DNA of 64,000 nucleotides, taken from positions 37,078,001 to 37,142,000 of the forward strand of contig NC_087245.1 in the NCBI RefSeq assembly GCF_037042905.1, in the 5' to 3' direction. A model generated the notes under the pieces. The model worked only from the letters and a program-made list of their open reading frames with translations. It was not told where the DNA came from and made no database searches. The DNA comes from Lytechinus pictus. Lineage: Eukaryota. Below, in pieces: positions 52,501 to 63,535 of this stretch. Every line of letters starts with the position of its first letter. The first letter of the stretch is position 1. Made by a program: the position numbers and the translations under genes.

Positions 52501-55500
52501 AAACCAATATTAGATTTAGTTCATACTTGCATTGACCATATTCTGATAATTTCTGTAGCGTGTTCATGGAATAAATTCTCTCTCCCTTAATGTTCTTTTG
52601 TTTGCATATCTCTGTCTCAGAATTTTTGACTGTTTCTGTTTGTGTCTCTCTCCCTCTCTCTTTGTCTGTATTTCTCTCTGTTTCTTTTTTGTCATCATTT
52701 TTGTCCCTGTTTCGTTTTTGCACTTTTCTGTCTGGCTTCCTGTCTCTGTACTGATGTTGTTTAAGTCTGTCTATGTTTCTTTCTTTATCTACCTCTCTGT
52801 CTTTCTGTCTCATGTCTGTGTTTGTCTGTCCCTTGTCTCTTTGTCTCTCTGCGTTTCTATTTCTCCAATGGCCCCTATCACAACCCTATGCTTTAAAATT
52901 GTTTCCTATTAAACCATTTTGCTGTCTTGTATTTATATTTTCCTTCCTCTTTATGGTTAAAATGAATAAAAAACTGAATTGAATTTCAATTCGTGGAGCG
53001 TTGTGGCCCAGTGGATTAGTCTCCGGACTTTGAACAGAGGGTCGTGGGTTCAAATCCCAGCCATGACGTAATTTCCTTCGGCAAGAAATTTATCCACATT
53101 GTGCTGCACTCGACCCAGGTGAGGTGAATGGGTACCAGGTAGGAAGAATTTCCTTGAATGCTCGAGCGCCCGATCAAGGTAGCCGTGCTAAAGCCGGGGT
53201 AATAATAATAGAATGGCCCGCGGGGAGATCAGTTTTCGGAACTGAAGTGGCTACCCTGGGTAAATATGCCGTTATTATTATAATTATTATTATTATTAAT
53301 TGTTTATGTCTATAAATTATTTATGTCTATAAAAGAATTGATTCCATTTGATTTTATTTTGTGTATAGAATAAGGTTGTGAATATTGGATCTGTGGACTG
53401 CGTAGCCTCTTCACAGCTCTGTACCAAGCTAAAGATTGATGAATCTACGATACGCTTCTACCAGAAGGCAAAGGAAATCACCAAAGGAGGAAAGGTATGT
53501 ACTAAATGATTACCTCTGAATAATTATTCCGAACTGTGGAATAGTTTGCCAGCACGTCTACACGTCATCAGTGGAATTGTTTAAGAGAATTTTAAAGACA
53601 TTTTTTTTGTTGTAGTGTTTTAATACTGGAGAGCTGTATAAGAGCATAGAGCTGTTTTAATTAATTGGACTTTCTTAATGTACATGATGAAGTAAGCATA
53701 ATTATGTACAAAAAATCTGCATATTCCATGGTTTTATACCAAGTGAAACCTTTTTTTGTGAATACAGGCTATAATCTTTTGAGTCATCTGTTCATCCCTC
53801 CGTCTCAGTTTATTTCTCTGATAATTTTGGATTGTTTTGATCATAAGGTTAAAGGTCACAGGTGATATACCTGGCTGGGAATATATTCTGTGGAAAATCC
53901 TGGAAAAATTTGTGATCATGGAAAGTCAGGGAATTTGGAAAATTTGTGAAAAGTCATGGAATTGCATTCAAATGTACCTCGTGGCTATGGCAGCTTTCCA
54001 GTTTGTCGTGTCTTGCAACACTCATATTCTGTGATCGTACTCTGCTATTATAATTGGTGTTCTTGATTTCCATTTTTCCCAGTTTTATGGCATCCCAAAT
54101 TCTACACAACTCCCGGGATGTCACAGGAAGTCATGGAAAGCAGCAATTTACTCATGGAAATGTCATGGAATTCTGTTTTCAAATTTCTGTGGGAACCCTG
54201 ATCATTGTTCTTTCTGTTTCTATTTGCTGAAAATGTTTATCTTATTTTAATAGGAATTGGAGCTTGAGCAGCCAAAACAGATTGGGGATGAGATCCTTAA
54301 ACAGCTGCCAGATCTTTCCACATTCACTAGCTCTCAATTACAGGTATGTGTTTATCACTTCGCAATTCAGGCAACCAGTTATATATAAAAAAATGGAAAG
54401 TCAAAAGGGGCCTAAGCTTTCGATCCTAGTAGAATCTTCGTCGGAGGCAAAAGGACAAACATAAAAAAAATGAACGATATTGATAGATCCTGTCGATATT
54501 ATGCCTCAAATTTTAGGCATTAAATGTTTAATTCAAGACAGCATCATCTGTGTGCATGCATCATTGATTTATTATTGATAGTAATTGTAAGATTGATTGT
54601 AAAAAATTCATCATTAAATCAGTTGAGGTAGTATTCCACTAAATAATGTTCTTTGCAGTGGTTTGTCTTTTGATTAGCCACCATTATTTTGTTTATCATT
54701 TAATCTTGTTTCCATGCCTATTGAGTTGACGCAAATTCTTCTATGTCTCTCCAATACGTATTTAAAGGGGAAAATGAGTATTTATTTATTGGGAAATTGA
54801 ATCACACACAATTTGCAAAAGGCTTATTTTTATTTACCTACCTATACTCTAAAAATATTTGAGTCTGTCAGTCTAATTTGATAAAAGAAAGTCAGTCAAT
54901 CACAAATTAGAACGGACTCAAGATCGCTATGTACTTCAGGTTGTCGAAGTTCTCAACAAGCCAAAGTCCTAGACTCTTGACAGGGTCCCGTAACACAAAG
55001 GTTAGCGATTAACCATACACTTGATTTTCATGATTGATTGTATATTGTAGCCAATTAAGTCAATCGTAAAACAATGTATGATAATTGCCAAGCTTTGTGT
55101 TATAAGCTCCAGGTCTCATGGTTGTTAAACCCAAGCAAACTTCATGTATCATTCGTATATGTTTAAAAATGAAAGGCTATCATCTGTTCCTTCTAAATTG
55201 CCAAGTCAATATTAGGCCCGTTTTGGGTACACGTGTACACGCACGGTCAAGTCAGTGCACGTGTACTAAATTCCATCACCGTGTACACGGTAGCATCTGC
55301 ATAAAGCTTGCGTGGGACTGTAAAGTCAGTGAACAAGCTCACAGCCTCACATTAATTCTTAGACACTGCACATGTTTTAATCACATTTGAATCAAATGAA
55401 CAGGTTAAAGCTAAACCTAAATCTAAACCAAAACCAAAGACTCGTAACCTGTAGCCTTATAGTTTTACATACCATACCATTGACGGCTTTAAAAATACAT

Positions 55501-58500
55501 TTTTCAACATGACTACTGATGTACCTTGTAGTTGTATTTCTTTTTTTTTAATGATTTTTATCTTGAACATCATGACAAAATATATGGTAAATATTCTCTT
55601 TAATTAATTTCCTAATCTCATATATTTTCCATATATTTTGGAGGGGACTAGGACACAATAAAAAAAGGGAAAATCACTGAAAATAACCAGAGAAAAAAAA
55701 ATAAAGGGGGAGATAATGAAAGAAAAAAAAGTAAGAAGAAAGACAGAAAGGACAAAGAAATAAATAAAGAAAGAGAGAGAATGGCTGCGGGGAAGAGAAA
55801 GATGGAAAGAAAGAAAGAAAGGAAGAAAGAAGGGAAAGGAGGATGGAAAGAAAAAAAAATAGAAAAAAATGAGAGGAAGAGAAAGGAAGGAATGGATAAA
55901 AGGAAAAAAAAGAAAGAAAAAAGGTAAACAGAAAGGAAGGAAAAGGGAAAGAACGAAAACGAAAGGAGAGGAAGAAAGGAAGAAAGAAAAGGTATAAGGA
56001 TAGATGGAAGGGAGGGAAAAAAGAAAAAAAAAGAAGATAGATACAACGAAAGACAGAAAGAAATGAAGGAAAGAGATGAAGGAAGGCAGAAAGAAAAAAT
56101 AAGGAAGAAAAGAAAGGATGGATGGAGAAAAAAAAAAGATAAAAAGAACAAAAGACAAAAAAAAAGAAAATCAGAAAGAAAGAAGGAAAGAAAGAAAGAA
56201 AGAAGGAAGGAAAAAAAAACTGAGGGGAAGAGAAAGGAAGGAAAGAAAGGAACGAATAAAAAAAGAAAAAGAAAGAAAAAAGGTAGAAAGAAAAGAGAAA
56301 AAGAAAAGGTAAAGGATCGATGGAAGGAAGGAAAAGAGAAAGAAAGAAAACGAGAGAAAGGAAAGAAGGAATATAGGAAGAAAGAAAAGGTATAAGGATA
56401 GATGGAAGGAAAAAAAAGATAGAATGAAAGACAGAAAGAAATGAAGGAAGGAATGAGGGAAAGAGATGAAGGAAGGCAGAAAGAAAAAATAAGGAAGAAA
56501 AGAATGGATGGAAAAAAGAAAGATCAAAAGAACGAAAGACAGAAAGAAAGAAAAACAGAAAGAAAGAAAGAAAGAAAAAAGGAAAGAAAGAATGAAAGAC
56601 AAAAAGAAAGGAAGGGATGAAGGAAAGAAATAAAGAAAGAATGAAAGGGATGAAGACAGTAAGGAAGAAAAGGTAAAGAATGGATGGACGGAAGGAAGAC
56701 AGTAAGAAAGAATGAAAGGAAGGGGAAAATGAAGGAAGGATTAAAGAAATATATAGGTAAACAAAGGTTGGATGGAAGAAAGAAAAAAAAGCTGCCAGAT
56801 CTTTCCACATTCACCAGCTCACAATTACAGGTATGTGATTACAAATTCATAAGGCCTACAAAATATAAAAATGAATTATATTAATCGCTACAATCGATAT
56901 AATGCCTAATTTTTAGGCATTGAATGTTAAATTCAAGACAGCATCATCTGTGTGCATGCTGTATGTGCGTGCATTATTGATTTATTATTGATATTAATTG
57001 TAAGATTGATTGTAACAAATTAATCATTAAATCACTTGAGGTATTATTCCACTAAAAATGTTCTTTGCCGTGGTTTGCCTTTTGATTAGCCAACATTATT
57101 TTGTTTATCATTTAATCTTGTGTCCATGCCTATTGAGTTGACGCAAGTTCTTCTATGTCTCTCCAATACGTATTTCAAGGGGAAAATGAGTATTTATTTA
57201 TTGGGAAAGTGAATCACACACAATTTGCTTGAGGTTTAGTTTTATTTACTTACACATATTGTGATAATCTGTTCGTCATGTGAGTCCGTCAGTCTAATTT
57301 GATAAAAAGTATTAGAAATCACAAATTAGAACGAACTCAGGATCGCTATGTACTTCAGGTTTCCGAAGTTCTCAACAATCAAAAGTCCTAGACTCTTTAC
57401 AGGGTCTTATAACACAAAGGTTTGCAATACTCTTGATTTTCATGATTTATTGTACATTGTAGCTAATTCAGTCAATTGTAAAAAAACGTATGATGATTGC
57501 CAAGCTTTGTGTTATAGGCCCAGTGGCGTAACAGGCGGGGGGGGGGGGGGCAAGCTGCCCCCCCTGGCGGATTTCACCGGGAAAATAAAAGAAAAGAAAA
57601 AAAGAAAAGGGAGGGAGAAAGAAACAAAGGGAAAGGGGAAGGAAAGGGGAAAAGGAAAAGAGAATGAAAAAGAACAAAATATTTTTAATGGAAAAGGAAG
57701 GAAAGCGGGAAAAGGAACGAAATAACATTTGAGAAAGAACAAATCATTCCGAAATAGGCCTATGTAATGCAATAGCATGATGGGAAATAAATTAGAAGAT
57801 GACAAAATGGCAAACAATAGCGGGAAATGAAGGTAGAATGGAATAAGTCAAAAGCTAAATTGGAAAACAAAGAAAAGGGACAAGAAAAAAAAAATTAATA
57901 ACATGACCGGGCTGCCGAGGATAGAAAGAGCAGGAAGAAAGATGAACTGCATACAACATTGTGCTATAAGCTTGCTAAATTTTATGCAAATAAGCTACCA
58001 GGGCTTTGCCCCAGACCCCACGCAGCAGGGGCTCTTCATCTATAACCTTCAAATGGCTCTATAATGCCCCCTGTAGGGACCCTTCCTGCATTAAGCTTTA
58101 CGTTCAATCACTGGCGTACAGGCGCGGGGGGGGGGGTTCTTGGTTCCACACCCAAGAGGAAATAAAATAAATTATAGGAGACAATGTATAATGAAATGAA
58201 TGGAAACAATGAAATGTGTTATTTGGTGAATATAATGGATATCTATCACATAATTAAAATTTAATTTCAATAGGCCTTTTTTTTTCCAGCTCGCTGGCGA
58301 CTTTTTACAAATTTTCCCACATTGCTATGTTTTGCCCCTCAAAATATTTGGTTCAACTTGGTTGAATAAATGTGTTGTGTAAAAGCTATATTCTTTATAT
58401 ACCCGCGATTAGATTTAAAAAAGCAGCAATCTGCGAGGTTTAAATGGCTTTGATATCAAGAAGTTCCGGGGGGCTGCAGACGGACCCCGACCGCATAGCA

Positions 58501-61500
58501 CTGCCGTATATGAGTATGGAAGGGTTGGGCCATGGTCCCCAAAAGTTCTACAACCAAGAAAAAAAAGGGAGGAAAGAAAAGCAAAGGAAAAGTGTAGGAT
58601 ATGATTTTATTTACTGAATATAATGTCAAAAAATATCTCAAAGTTGAATTCTCATGAAAATGTGATTTTTTATTCTCGCTCGGGACTTATATTAAGCACC
58701 GTTTTAGCACATGCGCCATACTGCGCCTCTCATTTTTTTACTCTTCATGCTACTGCCGCAAAGAATCTTGTTCACAGTGGCATAAAGACCACAAAAAAGG
58801 AATGGAAAGAGAGAAGAGTGAAATGTATTATTCTCTGGATATCATGTCAAAATCTATCACAAAATTGGATTTTTGTATTAAAAATGTCAAAAATTTTGCT
58901 CGCTCGCAACTTTTTTTTAAAGATAAATTCTGCCTGATACGCAATGTCTGGCCCTCTCAAAATCGTCGCCTCATTACACAATTACGCCTGGTCATACCAT
59001 GATATGACCGGGAAATTTTTGGCTCTTGCCCCCCCCTGGCCACCGACCCCTGTTACGCCGCTGTATAGGCCCCAGGTCTCATGGTTGTTAAACCTAAGCA
59101 AGCTTCAAGTATCATTCATATATGTTTAAAATGAAAGGCTATCATTTGATCCATCTAGAGGAGCACACTGAATATGCCAAGTCAATATTGCAAGCATGAA
59201 TATAAATCATATATAGAAGACGTGTTTGACAAGACATGCATTTTAGATGTTGGTGTTGCTGGCTTTCCATAGTTGTGGTTGATTGAATCAAATGCAACTC
59301 TTTGTTAGACGGGCCCCCTCTTTGATCATCTATTGTTTCCCAGTCCATCTCCATCTCACTTCTTTCACTTTTGCGGAAGCGAAAAACTTGTTAAGCTGCA
59401 AACTCTTTGATCATTGTACAGGAAGCCAGGCATGACCTTGAGGTCAAAGGTGACTCCCCTCCAGTGGTGACATACTTCATGAAGCAATCCGGAGACGATG
59501 ACCTGGAACTCAAGAAACTTCCTCATCTCCTTACAGATATGAAGGTAATATCATTATATTTTAAATATAAGAGCATGTTTTTTTTTGTTTTTTTTAAACA
59601 TATAAATATCCAAAGTATAGTCCCCGGCCAAGGCATTTATTAAAGAGGGTGAAGGCTTATGATATGGTTGAAGATTACTTTTAAAGCATATTTATGTTTG
59701 AATAGTTTCACCGTTCAATACCTATAACCATTGTGTTAACTCAGTTGGTAGAGCGTCTGTCTCACAACCGGGAGGTCAGGAGTTCAAACCCTGGCTGCGT
59801 CGGACCAAAGACGTTAAGAGATGGAAGTTGCTGCTACCCTGTTTGGCGTTCAACAATGCAAGGAATAGAGCTACGTTGATCTGGAGCTGCACAGTGGCTG
59901 CCAGGCCCATGATCAATTGGGCAAAATGAATTTTCTAAGTATTTCTATTTTAGATATCTATTGCAAACAATCAAATATGGATTATCATTTTTTTTTTTCA
60001 TTCTAGGTGAGGAAGTTTAATTGCAGCACAGACCAAGCTCTCTGTGAAGATCTCTACCTTGGCACTCATCTACCAAAGGTGGCGCTCTTCAGGAAAGGAG
60101 GAGGTCATGAATTTCATCACGGTAGGCAACCCCGGTGTGACTTCGAACCCTGTTTCAAATACATTCTGCTTGTTATAAGCTATTTATATCATCGCATTTG
60201 ATTGGTCGAGAGCCAATTTGTCATAGAATTGTAGCATTTGTAAATGCTAAAAAATTTTGATTTAGAAATGGCACCTCTGGTCATTTTTTGTTTCAAACTG
60301 ACTGTCAAAAACAACAAGGACTGTGTTTTTTTATTTTTTGCATGAGATATTTACTCATTTTCAATAGTGATATTAATTCTTTTCAACTGCGCCTGATGTC
60401 ACGCTACTGTAGATTTTCACTTATGAGGTGCTCTAGGTTTTATGAGATGTGACGGGGAAATACATGTGTGTTACTAATGACAAATGTGGACTTGTATCAT
60501 TTCCAATAAATCATTGAAATACTGTACTTAATCTGTATGATCCTATTTGGTCTCATTGGGACCAATCCATATAGTACTGCATTTATATACCAACATTTTT
60601 GTTTTAGCTTTATTCATTAAGTCTTTCAACATGATGTATTTGCCTATTACAGGACGTTTGTTTGCCCAAGATATAGCAGCCTTTGCCAGGAGTGGTCTAA
60701 ACTCTCGTCTAAGGGTTCTTGGTCCTAATGACTTCCCTGATCCTGTCATTAGCAGCGGAGAGCCTTGGTTTGTGGACTTCTTCTCACCGGTAAACCCAAG
60801 TTTTTTTCTCTCTTGGAGGAGACATGTGACCTCTTCTCTTAGATTTTAGAATATTGCTTTGTGCCGTATAAACATTTCCAAGTCAGCGTAGAAAGGGCCA
60901 GGCAAAGTGCATTCAAAGTAGCAATATAACATACTCTTTTTTTTTTTTAACAACTCCAACAGTCTTGAAGGGTTCACTCTAGAATTCTCGATATGAAAAT
61001 ATGCCCTACTCTCATTAATATGGGATATTGCTTCATGTTACATAATTACTTCCAAGTCAGAATAGAAAGACCCAGGAAAATGCTATGAAAGGTAGCAATT
61101 TATTGGTCTTTTTAAAGGATTACTAATGACAGATTCATGTAAAGTCAAATATTCCCCCCCCCCCCCCTTGAGTTTTTCTTTTTGGCTATTACGGGATGCC
61201 CTGTCTCAAGTGTGGGGCTTTCGCATATGGATTTGTTTAATGTGAGAAAGCTGCATTGCCTACATAGGAGCCTGGATGGTACCATGGCATTTGCTCTGGC
61301 GACAATTGCTCTTCTGTGAATTCTGCACACTAATGATATTACTTATATAACTTCAACCCTGGATTTAACACTATACCCTATCCTAAACCTGACCATACAC
61401 CTGACATTAATCTCTATTGCAACTCTAACCCTATATTTTAGACAAGATAAAGCCCAGAGCAATTGTTGCGGGTGGGAATGTCCTGTCATCGCCTGGATAG

Positions 61501-63000
61501 TTGGTAGAGCTCTGGTTATGCGAGCCAGGATCCCGGCTTCAAATCCCAGTTGGGGCAACATAATTCTCTTAAGTCTGTTCTATAATTTCTGTAAAATCCT
61601 CACACCTCCTAAATTCATTCATTCATTAAGTAATACATAAAAGAGACTCTTTGTAACAACAAATATGGATATAGCTTGCCCGACGACTAGAATTTCTCAT
61701 TCTTCGCAGTGAAATTTCATCTTTGGTTAACATTATCGTCAAATCATCTATTCACTCCTCATTTCAGCATTGCCCTCCGTGCAGACAGTTATTACCGGAG
61801 ATCCGTAAGGCAGCGTCTCGGGTGCCTTACGTCAACTTTGGCACCGTGGACTGCACCACGCATCAGGCGCTGTGCAGCCAGCAGAATATCAGGTCCTATC
61901 CTACCACGGTCTTCTTCAACGTCTCAAAGCCCCACATCAACGTGGGATTCTCAAATTCACATGCTATTCAAGAATTTATAGAGGTCAGTGTCACTTATAA
62001 AATGATATACTTTAACCTGGTATCCAGTAAAAATGGCAAGTTGATTTTAAGAAACTACAAAAAAAAGAGGGAACAATCAGACTCTTGAGCAGTTAAACAA
62101 AATCAAGCAAACAATAAAGTTTTGAAATTTTTAAAAGTTGTAATCACGACACATATTTTAAATTGGCTGCATATGTGATTTCATTAAGATGTAACTTCTC
62201 TATCAATCCATTCCACACAAAAGACTAAAATATCTTTTCATAAATATAAATGAAAATATTTTTATTTAAGAGGACATTTGACAATATGCTATCTGTGTTT
62301 TAGTTTGATCACTCCTTAGAGGTAATGTGCTTTGGAGGATAAAGAAGAGCTTTTTCCCTATGAATTATAATTTTGTCATCAAATTACCGGTAGGAGATTG
62401 GAAAAATCTTTGAGGCTTCATGATACATGTACTCCATGTGTTTTTATTGTGCATGTTTGTTTTTCATGGCTGGTAGATTTATGTGCACATCATCCTCTCC
62501 CTGGGGAGTAATATATCATTTCATAATTAATTTTTCTCTTTCAGGATTTTATAAACCCCAAAGTGGTATCTCTTTCTCAAGCCTGTTCAATATCTTTGTG
62601 AAGAATAGAGTGAAAGAAGACCTTTGGGTGGTAGACATATCCTCCACATTTTGGGGAGTATATATTGTTCTATAATTTTATTCTATTTCTTTCCAGGATA
62701 CCATCAACCCGAAAGTGGTACCCCTTTCCCAAAGCTTGTTTGATAGTTTGGTGAAGAATAGAGCAAAAGAAGACCTTTGACCAGTGGACATATCATCCAC
62801 TCCCTGGGGAGTATTATAGCTGTGATATTTATTTTTTCTTTCAGGATACCATCAACCCGAAAGTGGTACCCCTTTCCCAAAGCTTGTTTGATAGATTGGT
62901 GAAGAATAGAGCGAAAGAAGACCTTTGGCTGGTAGACTTCTATGCTCCATGGTGTGGTCCTTGTCAAGCCCTTATGCCAGAATGGAGAAAATTTGCCAAA
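43533..63000 (+). CDS. DNAJC10: DnaJ homolog subfamily C member 10 (ERdj5; J-domain + thioredoxin domains), 3'-incomplete in window
   Basis: Exons 43533-43727, 45418-45586, 46158-46208, 46624-46706, 47324-47449, 48585-48675, 51783-51860, 52181-52260, 53369-53494, 54254-54343, 59422-59544, 60007-60121, 60653-60789, 61768-61983, 62845-63000 (612 codons, phases consistent). Features: signal peptide, J domain with HPDKN, YESWQFY...FGLYDEDPEIVTL, and Trx motifs CHHC, CPPC, WCGPC. An alternative start is ATG 43557. Remaining exons lie beyond 64000. Confidence 0.95.
43915..44425 (-). mobile_element. 3' fragment of a CR1-group non-LTR retrotransposon
   Basis: ORF 44047-44418 VQRRYARFV...MLNQLKWPTLQEHR...RGHSLK...SFFPDSIRLWNSLP is a typical post-RT C-terminus, followed by a (GAA)n tail. 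Confidence 0.85.
47409..47700 (+). repeat. 43-bp minisatellite (~6.8 copies) made of the end of DNAJC10 exon 5 plus its splice donor
   Basis: Unit AAGGTGTTAAGAGATTCCCTACACTCTTTGTCTATCCAAAGGT. GT donors at 47450, 47493, 47535, 47578, 47621, 47664. Confidence 0.95.
50702..51655 (+). mobile_element. Helentron/DINE-1-like element, second near-identical copy
   Basis: Matches 15801-16782 almost base for base apart from the GGC tract length. Confidence 0.85.
52590..52865. repeat. CT/GT-rich low-complexity tract
   Basis: Directly visible. Confidence 0.8.
52995..53300 (+). mobile_element. tRNA-derived SINE with (ATT)n tail
   Basis: tggcccagtgg A box, ggttcaaatcc B box, conserved core, ATT tail. Confidence 0.8.
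54410..54448 (-). ncRNA. Degenerate minimal type-I hammerhead ribozyme motif in a probable Penelope-like element remnant
   Basis: The minus strand reads GCCT-CCGACGA-A-GATTCT-ACT-AGGATC-GAAA-GC-TT-AGGC: stem I GCCU/AGGC, core C(C)GAnGA, stem II, GAAA, palindromic AAGCUU. It has one core mismatch (U4>C). Confidence 0.55.
55650..56789. repeat. ~1.1-kb polypurine (GA-rich) tract with internal duplications
   Basis: Directly visible; e.g. ~55970-56130 recurs at ~56378-56515. Confidence 0.9.
56790..56836 (+). pseudogene. Duplicated 3' half of DNAJC10 coding exon 10 (pseudo-exon with intact donor)
   Basis: AGCTGCCAGATCTTTCCACATTCACCAGCTCACAATTACAG|GTATGTG nearly matches 54303-54350. It is preceded by a purine tract instead of a polypyrimidine tract. 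Confidence 0.85.
57521..59063. mobile_element. Non-autonomous hAT-type element (composite)
   Basis: TIR CAGTGGCGTAACAGG/CCTGTTACGCCGCTG, perfect 8-bp TSD TATAGGCC. The empty site is visible in the paralogous copy at ~55101-55112. Confidence 0.9.
59735..59990 (+). mobile_element. tRNA-derived SINE
   Basis: aactcagttggtagagcg A box and ggagttcaaaccc B box, followed by a non-tRNA body. Confidence 0.7.
62485..62844 (+). repeat. Two degenerate tandem copies (~150 bp period) of the acceptor and 5' part of DNAJC10 coding exon 15
   Basis: ttcag|GATTTTATAAACCCCAAAGTGG (62545) and tccag|GATACCATCAACCCGAAAGTGG (62697) precede the true exon at 62845. Copy A is frameshifted and copy B has TGG>TGA. Confidence 0.9.
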
Positions 63001-63070
63001 GTGAGTTCATTTTATTATTAGCTTATGATTTCTTCTCATATATCATAATGGGTGCTCAATTTACCATAAA

Positions 63071-63535
63071 GGGGAAGGCGGGGTAAGTAATGACACTTTT
63101 TGCTTTTTGAATTTTAGAATTGATATGATTATTAATCTTGTAGAAATAAGTACATTGCCTTAAGATTTAAATCTTCTGAAATATTTTTCACCTATATATA
63201 ACTTTCTAACCCCATAATGAAAGTCATTTTCACCTTTGAAAAAAAGAGATGTCAAATGGCTCAACTTGCCCCATCTGTGGGGTAAGTTGAGCCACAAAAA
63301 CTATGTACAAAATGTATGGGGGAAGAACCAGCATGTCAATTTTTATACGCCCATCCTAAGACGGGTCGTATTATGGTATCACGCTCGGTGTCCGTCCGTC
63401 TGTCCGTCCGTCTGTCCGTCCGTTAACTTTTCCTTGTAGACGCGATAACTTCAGTTTGACTTAACCTAGGCTCTTATAATTGGCCTGGGGGTGATGGTCA
63501 ACTTGCCCCTATGCTCAACTTACCCCGCCTTCCCC
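63071..63535. mobile_element. Internally deleted copy of the GGGGAAGGCGGGG element with a DINE-1-like (GTCY)n fragment
   Basis: Ends match 15143-15435 and 16924-16980. The middle (63340-63478) is ttttatacgccc...(gtcc/gtct)n. Confidence 0.75.

Noticed and set aside
55604..56884. 378-aa F/S/L-rich and K/R/E-rich ORFs
   Set aside because: Artefacts of a stop-poor polypurine/polypyrimidine tract inside a DNAJC10 intron.
61490..61557. tRNA-like sequence
   Set aside because: It has A/B-box-like motifs but a degenerate D arm and cloverleaf, so it is more likely a SINE head or tRNA pseudogene. The heads at 8277, 22264, 52995 and 59735 run on into SINE bodies, so no tRNA gene is called.
62697..62844. 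In-frame TGA in exon copy B as possible selenocysteine/readthrough
   Set aside because: The TGA replaces a Trp codon, not a CxxC Cys. Readthrough meets TAG soon after, and copy B is out of frame with copy C (148 nt).
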